Source: a virus
Lineage: Duplodnaviria; Caudoviricetes
Length of the DNA stretch: 64,000 nt
Strand: one strand, 5' to 3'
IMG/VR virus record: IMGVR_UViG_3300010163_000005
Span: 117,781 to 181,780 of that record
Below the pieces are notes generated by a model. It was not told the origin of the DNA, searched no databases, and was given only the letters and a program-made list of their open reading frames with translations. Position 1 is the stretch's first letter. The number at the start of each line of letters is the position of its first letter. The translations under genes were made by a program, and so were the position numbers. This document shows, in pieces, positions 19,173-31,152 of the stretch.

Positions 19173-19976
19173 CTATTTTATATTAGGAATATATTTTTTT
19201 AAAACATCTACAATATGAAATTGTTGTATTTTTTTCATAGCAATACAATTAACATATTTTTTCCAATTAAACGTATTAAATAAATTAATTATATTTTCTT
19301 TTAATTTTTCATTATTAACTTTTATTTTATACTCTGCTGAATAATGTTCATTATTATTTAATATTTTACCTGCTGTTCCATCTCCCCAATAGCACATTCT
19401 TATATCAAAATCCTTATCATTATAATTCTTACTATCTTGACGATATATAGTTACGTCTTGTAATTTTGATATAGGTTTATTATTTAATTTATTTATAGGT
19501 CTTTTATAAATATTAAAACAACAATGTAATTTTCTATCGGTATATGTATGTATTCCTAAATCTTTACTATAAATTAAATCAAATTCATACATGGAGCGGG
19601 AATTATTTAATTGACTAATTGGTAAAATAAACGCTATATAATCTGCAATTTGTATTGATTTTTTATAAAATTTTTGTGCTAAGTTCAAACATCTTCCATA
19701 AGGTGGATTGCCAATAATCAACCTACCATATAAATATGTAATATCAGCAGATAAATAATCTTGTTTAAATATTTTAGTTTTAGTATTTTCAATACAAGGT
19801 TCTATATCATATCCAAAATGAATAAATAATTTATTGTGATGTGTAAAACTTCCATTACCTATACTTGGTTCAATAACTTCTGAAATATTATTTGTTCCAA
19901 TAATATTACAAACCTTATCCATACAATAATTAGCTAAATCAATAGGTGTATAATATTTATCATTTTTTATTTTCAT
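19173..19976 (-). CDS. N6-adenine DNA methyltransferase (gamma-type order)
   Basis: DKYYTP, IEPSIGNGSF, IIGNPPYG. Confidence 0.85.
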   Translation of the reverse strand: MKIKNDKYYTPIDLANYCMDKVCNIIGTNNISEVIEPSIGNGSFTHHNKLFIHFGYDIEPCIENTKTKIFKQDYLSADITYLYGRLIIGNPPYGRCLNLAQKFYKKSIQIADYIAFILPISQLNNSRSMYEFDLIYSKDLGIHTYTDRKLHCCFNIYKRPINKLNNKPISKLQDVTIYRQDSKNYNDKDFDIRMCYWGDGTAGKILNNNEHYSAEYKIKVNNEKLKENIINLFNTFNWKKYVNCIAMKKIQQFHIVDVLKKYIPNIK

Positions 19977-20329
19977 ATTATTCTCTCCTTTTTAAACTTT
20001 ACAAAAAAAAGAAAGGCATTTAATCCTTTCTTTTTTAATACACCTATTTTAATTTAAAATTAGTTTAAATTGCTTGTAAAAAATTTTTCCATACATTAAA
20101 AGTTGCCTTTACTGCTCTTTCTTGAATATTTGAAAGATTTTTTAAACAATCTACCATATCAGAAATATCATCTTGTATCATTTTTTCTATTTCTGATATA
20201 GAAAAAATTTCTTCTCCATTAACATTTGTATATTTAAACTTACAGCCTTTACAATTATTACAATTATTATTACATTTTTGTATATCTTTCAAAAAATCTC
20301 TTATGTTATTCATATAAGCACCTCTTTTT

Positions 20330-20749
20330 TTAAAGTTTTTTCATAATATTGATAACAAAATGTGGCAAACCATTATATAAATAATCATCAAATGCGTTAT
20401 CAATTTCCTTTCTAACACTATCATAATTAATATATGTGTCCCATTCATAAGCCGAATTATTTTTAAACCATTCATTAAATGACATTTTTTCTTCCAAATC
20501 ATCTGGCATAAGTTTTATTATGTCTTTAATTTCAAATTCTGTTTCACTTTCATCTACCCAATTTAACCTCCATTCATTATTATATAAATAATATATCGCT
20601 ACACCACCATTACTTTCCCAACCTGATGTTGCAATTTTTTGATTTGTTGTAGTATCATATCCAAACCAAAAATTAGGTTGCAATATAAAATCATAATAAT
20701 TTTTATTTGTCTTTCCTGTATGTCTTTCTAATTTTAACACATTAATCAT
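20330..20749 (-). CDS. Hypothetical protein
   Basis: RBS; promoter at 20782-20810. Confidence 0.6.
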   Translation of the reverse strand: MINVLKLERHTGKTNKNYYDFILQPNFWFGYDTTTNQKIATSGWESNGGVAIYYLYNNEWRLNWVDESETEFEIKDIIKLMPDDLEEKMSFNEWFKNNSAYEWDTYINYDSVRKEIDNAFDDYLYNGLPHFVINIMKKL

Positions 20750-20781
20750 TCCCCTCTTTATTTAATTTATTATTTAATTAT

Positions 20782-20810
20782 ATTATAGCAATTAATTTTA
20801 TCTTTGTCAA
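20782..20810 (-). promoter_or_regulatory. sigmaA consensus promoter with extended -10
   Basis: TTGACA-17-TATAAT, TGC before -10. Confidence 0.8.
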
Positions 20811-20888
20811 CATCAAAAACATAAATATTGTTATAATTTTTAATAAAAAAATATATTGTTTACATACATCTTTTTTATAAACATTTTT

Positions 20889-21131
20889 TTATAAATAAGT
20901 TATAAAATCTGAATATTTTTCTTGTACTTCCTTTTCTTCTTCTTTTGTTACTCTTTCACCGTAATCATATAATAATGCAGCAGTTTCATAATCTTTGTTC
21001 CTTAACGCTCCCATAATTAACGAATGATTAACATTAAATAAATTCACTCTTTTATTTACTTCTCCACCATTATGAAAATATTCATCAATAAATTTTATAT
21101 TTCCATTACATGCCGCTGTCCATATATTCAT
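20889..21131 (-). CDS. Small ankyrin-repeat-like protein
   Basis: IWTAACNGN...GGEVN...SLIMGALRNKDYETAALLYDYG. Confidence 0.6.
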   Translation of the reverse strand: MNIWTAACNGNIKFIDEYFHNGGEVNKRVNLFNVNHSLIMGALRNKDYETAALLYDYGERVTKEEEKEVQEKYSDFITYL

Positions 21132-21184
21132 TTTAAATTCCTCCTATATATAATTAATTTCAATATGTTATTATCAAAATGTTT

Positions 21185-21570
21185 TTACTCAAAGATAATA
21201 GTATGAATTGTAGTATCACAAATCCTTTTTTGTTCTTCTAATGATAATTCTGCAAAAGTATGCCCTCTCCAATTTTCGTTAATAACTTCATTATTGGAAA
21301 GTTTAAATGATTTTTCGTTACCGCCAAAAGTTCCTTTTATAAAATCGTGGACAGTCATAATTCTTTGCAATTCATCAACAATAAGTAATTTTTCATCTTT
21401 TTCTTTAGCTAAAAAAATATTAAGGACAAGCAAACCCAATAAAATAGAATCAATAAACCGACTATCCTTAATTTTTGACTATGAATACTTCTGCTGTAAT
21501 TCTGGCTTTAATAAACTTTCTTTGTCATACATAGAGAGCAATTCTTTGAAAGAGAAATCTGCTTCCTAAG
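21185..21570 (-). pseudogene. DUF262 (GmrS/ParB-like) pseudogene
   Basis: S*EADFSFKEL...KPELQQKYS*...SRFIDSILLG...LIVDELQR...TTIHTIIFE*; stops at expected Trp/Gln codons, DGxQR motif degraded. Confidence 0.7.
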
Positions 21571-22701
21571 AGTTAATTTTATATAAATCATTAATTTTAT
21601 TTAATTTATAATTTCATATTTATATTTTCTGATAAATTATATCTTTGACATAATTCAGAGAAAGGAATAATTTTCTTAACTTCGTCATAATTAATTATAT
21701 AACATTCACATAAATAATTCAAAATAGAATATGATAATTTATGTTGGTTTTTTACTATATATTTCACCAAAGATAAATCAGATTTGTTTTGTGATAAAAC
21801 AAAATAAAATATTTCTTTTTGTACCATAAACAAAACATTTATAAAGTTATATGTTTATGGTTGTTCTAAAATATCTTTAATAACCTAATTCATTTAAAAA
21901 ATTAATTAATTCTTTTTCATTTAATTTGCCTAAACAAGAATAAGAACATTCTTCATTATGTTTTAAAATTCCTAAAGATGTATAATTATTAACAATACTA
22001 TCTTTACAAAATTTATCTAAAGCCTCTGTTCCATAATTATCTTCTACATAATCCATTAAATCTAACATTATATGATTTACCTCAAACAATTCCAAAAATA
22101 ATGTTTTTACTATGCTTTCCATTTTAATTGCCTCCTATATATAAAATCCTTTAAAGGAAAATTACAAACATAATAATCGCATATATCTATATTTTGAAAA
22201 AAAATTAATAAAATTAGTAACATATTTTTCTTTTTCAAAATATAAAATATTATTACACAATATATCAAGTTTAAAATTTAAATCTATTGCCTTTTTAGTA
22301 ACAAGTATATATTCTTCAAAAGATATAATATTATCATTAGCAACAAACATTAAAGTTTTATTGTTAAATAAAACTTGATAAAAATATTTAGAACAAATAT
22401 ATACATCTTTATATTTAATCTCTATTCCTTTTAATCTAAACAAAAAAACATATTGTTTATTTCTTTACTATTTAATTGTTTTTTTAAAAAATATTATTAA
22501 CATAAATCAGAATGTTAATTTTTTACAAAACTGCTCACTTAATTTAGTACCTCAAAGTTTTTAAATGTCGACTTTACTTAAATACATATCATTTTTTAAT
22601 TTTATACTTCAAAATGTCATTTTAACTCCTCTTTTTTATTGCTTTTATATATTATTTTTAATAAAAAGAGAATGGGATATTTTTTATATCCCATATAAAA
22701 A

Positions 22702-23826
22702 TCACTTATATCGAGGATTAACCCCGATTTTAGAATAAATTTCTTTTTCTACATCTAAATAACATTGTTTAAATTTATCAATTCCATTTTGATTAATAGT
22801 TTCTTTTAATTTATTAAAAATCACTGTTTTTGTTTTATCACTTGTTACAATACATCCAGAAGTCGCACAACAGAGCGTATATAAATCATTTTGTTTTTTT
22901 ATATAAAATTCCAATCCATATTTATTATATGGTTCTGCTAAAACTTTACTCCAAACAAGATTATTATTATCGTCTTTAATAGCGTCATAAAATTCTTCTT
23001 TTATAGCCGTTTTATTTTTACGAGGTTTAAAAACAACCATACCTTTAAAATCTTTACTTTTTATAGAATATAAAAATTCTATTCTTTTTTTATAGGATTT
23101 AGGAAGTTTTAATCCTGTTAAATGTTCAAAAGCCTTTATGCTAGCTTTATTATCATTGTGTAATAACTCCATAAGTTTTTGTTTAAATATTGGTTCATCA
23201 AAATGATTTACCAGTATAATCAAATCATAAAAACCTTGATATGGTTCTTTATTATATGTGTAAAAATAAATATCATACATTATTTTTTTAGCTTCTTCGC
23301 TTATTTCTATTATTTCTTGTTTAATAGCCTGTATTATTTGCTCTGCTTTTTCTTTTTCCATATCTAATGCAGTATTAAATATACTACATATTAATTTTTG
23401 TGTTTGTTCATTTACTGTAGATAATTCTGTTTTAATAATTTCTTGAATTTTTATTCTTTTTTCCTGTTTTTTTATATTTTCTTCCTGAATTTTTTTTTCT
23501 TGTTCTTCTTTTTGTCTCAATATTTCTTGTTCTTGCTTAATGTAAGCATCAATTGCTTCTTGAGTAATAAAACCATTATCATAACAATATTTACAAAAAT
23601 TATATTCTGTCTTATTTATTGAATACCACCATTTTTCTGTTTCATTATAAAGCATATATTCATCTTTATAAACAGGAATTAAACCGCTTATTATTTGATT
23701 AACCAAATAAGTTTTTACATCATATATCCCATCTTCATGTTTATAAAGTTTATTCAATACCTTTTCTGCTCTTGTTCTTTGTATGGGTTTTATAGTTTGC
23801 AAAAAACCAAAATCTGTATTTATCAT
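22702..23826 (-). CDS. Hypothetical protein with coiled-coil middle
   Basis: 374 aa, AGGGAG RBS, terminator at 22671-22695. Confidence 0.7.
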   Translation of the reverse strand: MINTDFGFLQTIKPIQRTRAEKVLNKLYKHEDGIYDVKTYLVNQIISGLIPVYKDEYMLYNETEKWWYSINKTEYNFCKYCYDNGFITQEAIDAYIKQEQEILRQKEEQEKKIQEENIKKQEKRIKIQEIIKTELSTVNEQTQKLICSIFNTALDMEKEKAEQIIQAIKQEIIEISEEAKKIMYDIYFYTYNKEPYQGFYDLIILVNHFDEPIFKQKLMELLHNDNKASIKAFEHLTGLKLPKSYKKRIEFLYSIKSKDFKGMVVFKPRKNKTAIKEEFYDAIKDDNNNLVWSKVLAEPYNKYGLEFYIKKQNDLYTLCCATSGCIVTSDKTKTVIFNKLKETINQNGIDKFKQCYLDVEKEIYSKIGVNPRYK

Positions 23827-24169
23827 TTAAATTACTCCCTTTCTGTTTAAAATTGTCTTATATTTAAATGTAGGATAATCTACTAACATTTATTCAACGA
23901 TTGAAAAACAATTATAAATAAATTATTCTGTATCTTTCAATTTTCTTACTTTAAATTAAAACTGGTGCATTAGTTTATTCCATATATCTTGGACATTTTT
24001 TTCGCCTCTTTAGCTATGTTGACTTCGACATTGATAATCCAATCTTTGTAACTATTTTTCTTTATCATAAATGTTACCTCATAATATTTTTTCATAATAA
24101 GTCAGTTTCTTTGTTTTTTTTAATATCTTTATGTATTTTAACTTTTTACCATCTCTTAACTTCAATTAT

Positions 24170-24198
24170 ATTATATCAAATATTTTTAACTATGTCAA
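24170..24198 (-). promoter_or_regulatory. sigmaA consensus promoter (TTTGATATAAT subfamily)
   Basis: TTGACA-17-TATAAT. Confidence 0.8.
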
Positions 24199-24567
24199 TA
24201 TTTTTTTTAAAAAATAATTAAAAATAATTATTTTAATTAAATATATAATCTTATAATGATATATTTAAATCTTATATCCTAAAGAATAAATGTTGTTAAA
24301 TAAAAATATTAAAACCTTATAAATAATATGGAGCGATAATTAATGATTAAAAGTATAAACGCTATAAACCTATTTTCTTCATCACTAAAGTTGAAAGTAA
24401 ACCTACCAACTAAAGTTGATAATATTTTAATTTTTAATAAGAATCTTTATGTAGTTGTCCTATAATTCGCATATTATTAATAAATATTTTTAGTTATAAG
24501 GTTTATAACAACATATATTGTTTAGTTATTAATTTTTATAGAAAAAATAAGAAATTGAGGTGAATAT

Positions 24568-26751
24568 ATGCACTTTAATAATAACATTCCTTTTGAAGAT
24601 TTATATCAATCATCATTAAAAGAAGCAAGTAGAAAAAAACCCGTATTTTTTATTCATAAATACTTTGCTCGAAGAATTACAACCAACTTTAGAATAGCCT
24701 TACTAGATTATATTTATGACGATAATCAAATTCTCCAACATTTTTATGAATCTTCATTAGAAAAAGGTAACAATTTAACTGTTTTAGATCCCTTTATGGG
24801 TGGTGGTACAACAATTTTTGAAGCACTAAGATTTGGGTGCAATGTAATAGGTAATGATTTGCAACCACTATCGCTATTTGTGACAAAAGCTTTAATAACA
24901 CCAGTTGATGAAAATTCGATTAATAAGGCTGTAAATAGTTTAGAGAAAACAGTTGGAGAAAAAATAAAAAGTTATTACAAAACAACATGCCCCCACTGTA
25001 GAAAAAAAGCAGATAGTATGTATATCTTTCATGTAAAAAAGACATCAACTCACAATAAATGTAACTGTAACCACCACCGATTATTTTCAAGTTTTATTAT
25101 AGCTTATAAAAAAGATAAGTTTACTGTTGTATGTCCAGAATGCGGAAAACTGCACAAAACAAAATTTGAGAATGGCAGATTTGTTTGTGACTGTGGTTGG
25201 ATTCTAAACTCACCAAAAGACAGTTACATAAAAAATGGAGTGTTTGAGTGTCCAAATTGTCACGAACGAAAAATATTAACTGAATATGGGCCAGAAACTG
25301 GATATCCTTTTGCTACTGATATTATTGCAATTGAATATTACTGCCCATATTGTAAATCACATGACTATAAAACTCCTGATATTGAAGATATGACTTTACA
25401 GAAAAAAGCCATTGAAGATTTCAAAGCACTTGAAACTTCACTTCCAATACCACAACAATCCATTCCACAAGGTTATAACACAAATCAAATACTTAATCAT
25501 GGTTATAAAAAGTTTAAAGATTTATTTAATGAAAGACAACTTTTGTGCTTAGGTCTTCTATTAAAAGAGATTAATTATATTGATGATAAAAATACCCAAT
25601 TATGGTTTCAATTAGCTTTTTCTGGAATGCTTGAAATGAATAATATGTTTTGTCGATATCAACAAAACGCATGTAAAATATGTAACATTTTTTTTAATCA
25701 TGCGTACGTTCCAATTTCAATGCCTATTGAAAATTGCGTTTGGGGGACTAAACTTGGAACAGGTACTTTTAAAAAAACTATTCAAAAAATACTACGAGGA
25801 AAAAATTTTAATAAAAACATTTATGACTTAACTGTAAAACAAATGCCAAATGGTCGATTCGATTCGGTTCAAATTAGAAATAATGATGTAGTACAAGCCA
25901 TTCCAATTACAGATATTTCAAAAATAAATAGTAACAATCCTGTTCTACGTTGTTCTGATTCACGAGATCTTTCATTTATTCCTGATGAATCCATTGATTT
26001 AGTGCTAACCGATCCTCCTTATGGAGCCAATGTGATGTATTCAGAATTAATAGATTTTTTTCATGTTTGGAATTATCAAAGTAGTATATCAGAACAAATA
26101 GGTTTTACAACAGAGCTCTCCCCAAAATTCAACGAAATAATCGTAAATCCAGTAGCAGGTAAAGATTTCAATTATTATAAAAATGGTATTACATCAGTCC
26201 TATCAGAGTGCTACAAAAAATTAAAAAATGATGGATACCTTGTATTTTCTTTTCATGATAAAAATCTTAACAGTTGGCTTGCTGTATTAGAAAGTATAAA
26301 TAATGCGGGATTTGTTCTAAGCAAATGTTATCCTGTTCAGTCAGAAACACGTACAGGAGCACATACATCTGGTAAAAATTCCATAGGTATAGATATTATG
26401 CTTGTTAGTAAAAAAATAAATAGTCAACCAACACAAACAACATTAGTAACAGAAGATACTATTAAAATAGCTTTGAACAATACTCAAAATAAAATAATTG
26501 AAATATTAGACCGTTTTCAAAAAGTTTCAGCAGAACTCACCGCTCTAGACATACAAAATATCGCAATTGCAATTTTATTTACTGAATTACCAAATTATTA
26601 TATTTTTGATGCAAATTCAAAAAAAACTATCATTAAAAAATTGCAAGGATTACTTGACAATATTGAAACCATAACAGGAAATTTTGAAATAACAAAAAAA
26701 AGAAATGGTTGGTGGTCGGAATTATATTGTCAAAAATGGAAAATCAAATAA
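24568..26751 (+). CDS. Zn-ribbon-containing adenine-specific DNA methyltransferase (DUF1156/COG1743-like)
   Basis: IHKYFARR, VLDPFMGGGTT, multiple CxxC, VLTDPPY..N..YSEL.DFF; GAGGTG RBS; the only convincing plus-strand gene. Confidence 0.88.
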   Translation: MHFNNNIPFEDLYQSSLKEASRKKPVFFIHKYFARRITTNFRIALLDYIYDDNQILQHFYESSLEKGNNLTVLDPFMGGGTTIFEALRFGCNVIGNDLQPLSLFVTKALITPVDENSINKAVNSLEKTVGEKIKSYYKTTCPHCRKKADSMYIFHVKKTSTHNKCNCNHHRLFSSFIIAYKKDKFTVVCPECGKLHKTKFENGRFVCDCGWILNSPKDSYIKNGVFECPNCHERKILTEYGPETGYPFATDIIAIEYYCPYCKSHDYKTPDIEDMTLQKKAIEDFKALETSLPIPQQSIPQGYNTNQILNHGYKKFKDLFNERQLLCLGLLLKEINYIDDKNTQLWFQLAFSGMLEMNNMFCRYQQNACKICNIFFNHAYVPISMPIENCVWGTKLGTGTFKKTIQKILRGKNFNKNIYDLTVKQMPNGRFDSVQIRNNDVVQAIPITDISKINSNNPVLRCSDSRDLSFIPDESIDLVLTDPPYGANVMYSELIDFFHVWNYQSSISEQIGFTTELSPKFNEIIVNPVAGKDFNYYKNGITSVLSECYKKLKNDGYLVFSFHDKNLNSWLAVLESINNAGFVLSKCYPVQSETRTGAHTSGKNSIGIDIMLVSKKINSQPTQTTLVTEDTIKIALNNTQNKIIEILDRFQKVSAELTALDIQNIAIAILFTELPNYYIFDANSKKTIIKKLQGLLDNIETITGNFEITKKRNGWWSELYCQKWKIK

Positions 26752-26759
26752 TAACAATT

Positions 26760-26789
26760 AAAAAGGCATTTAATTAAATGCCTTTTTAT
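26760..26789. terminator. Bidirectional terminator between convergent genes
   Basis: aaaaaggcatttaattaaatgccttttt perfect palindrome. Confidence 0.8.
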
Positions 26790-27168
26790 ACTTTTATATA
26801 TAAACAAAAAAAATTAATAAGTACTTAAAAAACAATTACTTATTAATTTTTTTGTTTATATTTTAATTATACATTCGTCTGTTTTATCACAATCAGCTTT
26901 TTCAGATTTTCCTGAAAGATAATACAGTGACAAATCATCAAATGGAACAGAAATGAAATTTTTATCTAAGAAAGAATTATTGAATACTATTTCTGTATCT
27001 TCTATTTCCACAATATTTACCTCCTTAAAATATTTTAAAAAACAATAATTACAAATTTCTTTTGTCATTATATCTCTCTGTTATTTCTCCACACAAACTA
27101 AAATCATACTCTTCTAATAATTCAATAATTTTTTCTGATAATCTCGTCCTTTCTTTAAAAGACAAATT

Positions 27169-27972
27169 TTAAATACATTTTATTTTCTCCAAGAACTTAC
27201 ATCCTTTAAAAATTTTAAAAGATTCAGGTGCATCTAACAGTTTCGCAAGATGCCTCTCACCAAGATTCCAATTTCCATTTTCATCTGTAATTTCTGTATC
27301 TTCATATGTCCACAAGCTTGGATAATCATCCTCTGGCCAAAATGGATTCTTAATATCTTTCATAATGTTATTAATCCATTTAAGTAAATCATATCCATTA
27401 TTTTGCCTTACCAAATTAAATACAGTCATATTTTTGCTTCCAAGCTCTACATAACCACAACGATTAAAATTAAAAACACTTACTTGTGGACAATATACAT
27501 CAATAGCATTAAATCCTACTCTGTTACTATCTTCCCATTTAAATGTTTCAGCAACAATAACTACATTATTTTTTAAATTGTAAGCATAAATCTGATGTTC
27601 CTGAATTTCATTACCACTATTGTATCTATGTATAAAAGTCCTATCAAATCCAATCTTAAATCCATGCAATGGCAATACAGCAATAAAATCATCATAATCA
27701 ATTCCAGAATATATATCTTTAACAATATGATCTGCCATAACAAGGAAATAATTTCCTTTATCCTCAACTGATTTAATTTTGGCATATCCCAATGGAATTC
27801 TATGTTTACAAAGAATTACTTTTCCTATATCCGTATAAGCTACTGGTCTATCCTTTTTCCCTTCAAAAAAACATACATTTGTTCCAACCTCTAATTTTTT
27901 TTCATAACTCATATTGTTTTCCTCCAATCTGTAGTAATAAAATATGAATTTTATTGCTTTATCAATTATCAA
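27169..27972 (-). CDS. Hypothetical phage protein (likely start MSYEKK ~27912)
   Basis: GGAGG RBS before the internal ATG. Confidence 0.65.
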   Translation of the reverse strand: MIIDKAIKFIFYYYRLEENNMSYEKKLEVGTNVCFFEGKKDRPVAYTDIGKVILCKHRIPLGYAKIKSVEDKGNYFLVMADHIVKDIYSGIDYDDFIAVLPLHGFKIGFDRTFIHRYNSGNEIQEHQIYAYNLKNNVVIVAETFKWEDSNRVGFNAIDVYCPQVSVFNFNRCGYVELGSKNMTVFNLVRQNNGYDLLKWINNIMKDIKNPFWPEDDYPSLWTYEDTEITDENGNWNLGERHLAKLLDAPESFKIFKGCKFLEKIKCI

Positions 27973-28673
27973 GAATGAAACTTATAAGCAATCATGTAAT
28001 TTACATCTTCTTCTGTAAGATTATATTTTTTTACAATTTCATTTTTCTTTTCAAATTCATTTTCTGACATCCAATATTTAATACATTCATTAGGACGATT
28101 AATCACATCACATAAACTGCATAAATGCTTTTTATCAACACAAGATAATTCTTCAGACTTATCAATAATTTCCCTTAGTTCAAGTATTCTCTTATACTCG
28201 TTTGATTCCTCACCCAACTTTATCTTTTCAAACCTATCATTCCGATTAGGTACACATCTACTCCATACAGTTTCCATATTTTTTTCAAATCTCAATAAAG
28301 AATCATTTATTTTGTTAAATTCTTTCTGTTGGTAGTAGTAAGAAGTCTCCCTACACATGGCAACCGTTTCTTTTGACATATTTAATAATTTATTAAATTC
28401 TTTCGTAATTATATCCATCCGCTTTTTAAGTGTTTCCAAGTTAATACAAATACCTTCTGGTATTTCAGAATTTTTCAGTCTACAACAAGCAAATAACAAC
28501 TCTCTTGTCATTTCTAACGAATGATGTAACATTACATCAAATGGATTATCGTTTACATCATTATCCTCTAATTCTAAACGCATTTCTTTTTCTAACATCT
28601 TTAATATTCTCCATTCTTTTCTATATAGTCTTAAAATTATCATTTTATCTGGTTTGTTAAAATTTGAATCCAT
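27969..28673 (-). CDS. Hypothetical protein
   Basis: Overlapping operon organisation. Confidence 0.55.
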   Translation of the reverse strand: MDSNFNKPDKMIILRLYRKEWRILKMLEKEMRLELEDNDVNDNPFDVMLHHSLEMTRELLFACCRLKNSEIPEGICINLETLKKRMDIITKEFNKLLNMSKETVAMCRETSYYYQQKEFNKINDSLLRFEKNMETVWSRCVPNRNDRFEKIKLGEESNEYKRILELREIIDKSEELSCVDKKHLCSLCDVINRPNECIKYWMSENEFEKKNEIVKKYNLTEEDVNYMIAYKFHS

Positions 28674-28912
28674 TCTTTTGCACCCAAAATAGGTTTTAAG
28701 TTACATCCGATAACATAAATACTACTATAACTTCCATGCAAAATTTCATTCTGACCGTCCTTGTCAAAATCATTTAACGCATATCCACATTCTCTTGCAA
28801 ATCTAAGATGTCCTTCTTCTCCGTAATATATGCTATCAGGATTTATTAACTTATCTCCTATAGTATTTCTCATATTCTGTATATATACCTGCGCATCCGC
28901 TTTATTCCCCAT
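28640..28912 (-). CDS. Hypothetical protein
   Basis: GGAGG RBS. Confidence 0.55.
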   Translation of the reverse strand: MGNKADAQVYIQNMRNTIGDKLINPDSIYYGEEGHLRFARECGYALNDFDKDGQNEILHGSYSSIYVIGCNLKPILGAKEWIQILTNQIK

Positions 28913-29441
28913 CCCATTTCCTCCTTTGTTGGAATTCCGATTTTATTTACTTTTAAAATTCCAATTTATACTCACTCCACAACAAAGATATTGTTTTGTT
29001 CCTTTTTGAAATTAAAATCTAATAAATCATTTATCTTTGTCATTATCATCATCTGAATAAAAAGGAAATCATTATTCTACACTCTTTGCAAATTGTTCAT
29101 ATATTGGACAACTATACTTGATATAAGGTTCTTCGCTTGTATTTTCATAATGATGTTCATTTGGTCTTAATTTTACTTTTTGTTTATATCTATCTCTTCA
29201 ATATTTTATACATAAAATAAATTTTTCTATTCAAGATAAGCATTAAACAATTCTGTCTCACTACATCTCCATTCTTTATAAGCAAATTTAATTAAATTCT
29301 TTTTACTGAATGGAGATGTATCAGAAACAATATCAATTTTACTACTTCTCAAAATATTAATGATGTATTGAGTTATTTCGTCAATTTCATCTATATTTAT
29401 ATTTTTATAATTACAGCATTCAATACCTAAATTCCCGCCGT

Positions 29442-29723
29442 TTATTCTTCCAAAGAATTTATAGTTGGAAAATATAAAATATATTTAAGTCCCATGTTAT
29501 CAGAACGATAATTACCCAATATTTTCTTTGCTTGTTTTATGCTTATCTGATTATTTTCAGCAATAAAATCAATTAAATCCACCATTGTATCTGTTACGTT
29601 ATTGCAGACAATTCCAACACATTTTTCTCCAAGCATTCCACGTCCAGAATATCTGTCATAAAATGTAAAATCATTGTCATTGCAAAAATTCTCAATTGTT
29701 TCTCTTATTGTTATTGTATCCAT
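29442..29723 (-). CDS. Conserved small phage protein (YSGRGM motif)
   Basis: YSGRGM.G..C.GI...DNMGL..ILYFP; own promoter at 29774-29802. Confidence 0.7.
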   Translation of the reverse strand: MDTITIRETIENFCNDNDFTFYDRYSGRGMLGEKCVGIVCNNVTDTMVDLIDFIAENNQISIKQAKKILGNYRSDNMGLKYILYFPTINSLEE

Positions 29724-30193
29724 AAATATCGGCTCCTTTTTAAAATTTATTTTATAAGTTATCTGTTAATTATATTATATAATATATCTTTAACTTTGTC
29801 AATCATATTTTTTAAAATTTTTTAAAAAATATATAATATCACTTAAAGTGATATTAAAATTACATTATAAAATAAATTTTTATCATTATGTACTATTTTT
29901 TATAGAATAATAAATATATTAGTTCATCAATTCCCACTATCGTTCATAGACATTTTTTCAATTAATTCATTATTAATACTTTGTTTATTTATTGTTGGTG
30001 CATATACAATACAAAATATCATAAATGTCCATATAATACACATAATTATATTAATAATTATATACATTAATTCTTTTATAACCTGTTTCATATTATTTTA
30101 TAACAATCCTTTCTTTTAGATATTTTCATAAACACGCTTACATAAATACGTATACATTATTATATCACATTTTTATTAATAAAAAAAGAGGAA

Positions 30194-31132
30194 TTATTCT
30201 CCTTTTTTTAAAAATCCAGCACTTAACTTTAATAATATACCTAAATTATCTCTATATTGTTCTATTAATATCTCTTTATAATTTTTAGGAATATATGAAA
30301 AAACATAAATAGGTAACCTATCTATAATTTTATTTATGCTGCCTAACATTAGAGCTGACATTAATGTTTTCATATAGTCTTTAGTACAAAAATCTGATAA
30401 CATTAAAATTATACTTTGTATATTAGCTTGCATACAATCATGTTCTAATAATTTATTATTATTTAATTTACAATATTGTATAATATACATACAATATTGT
30501 ATAACATTATTTTTATAACTTATATCATACCAATCATAACATTGTTTTATAGCAGTAGACAATATTTTAATATCAGTTATTGTATATATATTTTTTTTCA
30601 AAATTTTAATTTTATCAAAACATATATCTATTGTTGGTAGAATAATAACAGTATCATTACTATAATCATTACAATTTACTACATCTTCTTCAATAGTTAA
30701 ATTATAAAACTTAACCAACTCGTCATTTTTATCCTCTACGAATATTTGCTCTCCTATATTAAAAAACATTGTATCATAATCTCTGTAACTTATACATTTA
30801 TAATATGTTAATTCACTATATAAATCTTTTACAAATTCTCTTTTGTCAGCATATACATTATAATTAAATTCTATAATTTCAAATAATGCGTTATAAATAA
30901 TTACATAATGATAATCTTTAATACTTAAAATATTTTCCTTTAAAAAAATAAAGTTGTCTATCTCTATATCTTTTTTGACAGCGGTAAATGGAACATCTTT
31001 TATTATATTATAAAATTTTATATTAAAATAACTCATATTTTTATATGGTTTTAAAATTTCTAATATTTCTTTTTTTATTTTATTTACATTATCTTGTGAT
31101 AGCATTAAATTTATCCTCCTCTTGTCAAACAA
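30194..31132 (-). CDS. Paralog family B protein
   Basis: LKPYKNMSYFNIKFY...VVNCNDYSND. Confidence 0.7.
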   Translation of the reverse strand: MFDKRRINLMLSQDNVNKIKKEILEILKPYKNMSYFNIKFYNIIKDVPFTAVKKDIEIDNFIFLKENILSIKDYHYVIIYNALFEIIEFNYNVYADKREFVKDLYSELTYYKCISYRDYDTMFFNIGEQIFVEDKNDELVKFYNLTIEEDVVNCNDYSNDTVIILPTIDICFDKIKILKKNIYTITDIKILSTAIKQCYDWYDISYKNNVIQYCMYIIQYCKLNNNKLLEHDCMQANIQSIILMLSDFCTKDYMKTLMSALMLGSINKIIDRLPIYVFSYIPKNYKEILIEQYRDNLGILLKLSAGFLKKGE

Positions 31133-31152
31133 TACATAGTATCATTTACAAG

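Noticed and set aside
9110-21570. TAG stop-codon reassignment (TAG at three expected Trp sites)
   Set aside because: The same remnants carry frameshifts or degraded motifs, intact genes use TGG and several end normally at TAG, long ORFs are not fragmented, and no suppressor tRNA is present.
21185-26751. Intact Dnd/BREX/GmrSD-type defence system (DUF262 plus Zn-ribbon MTase plus PAPS reductase)
   Set aside because: DUF262 is a pseudogene, the genes are scattered and on different strands, and no ATPase, helicase or PglZ partner is visible.
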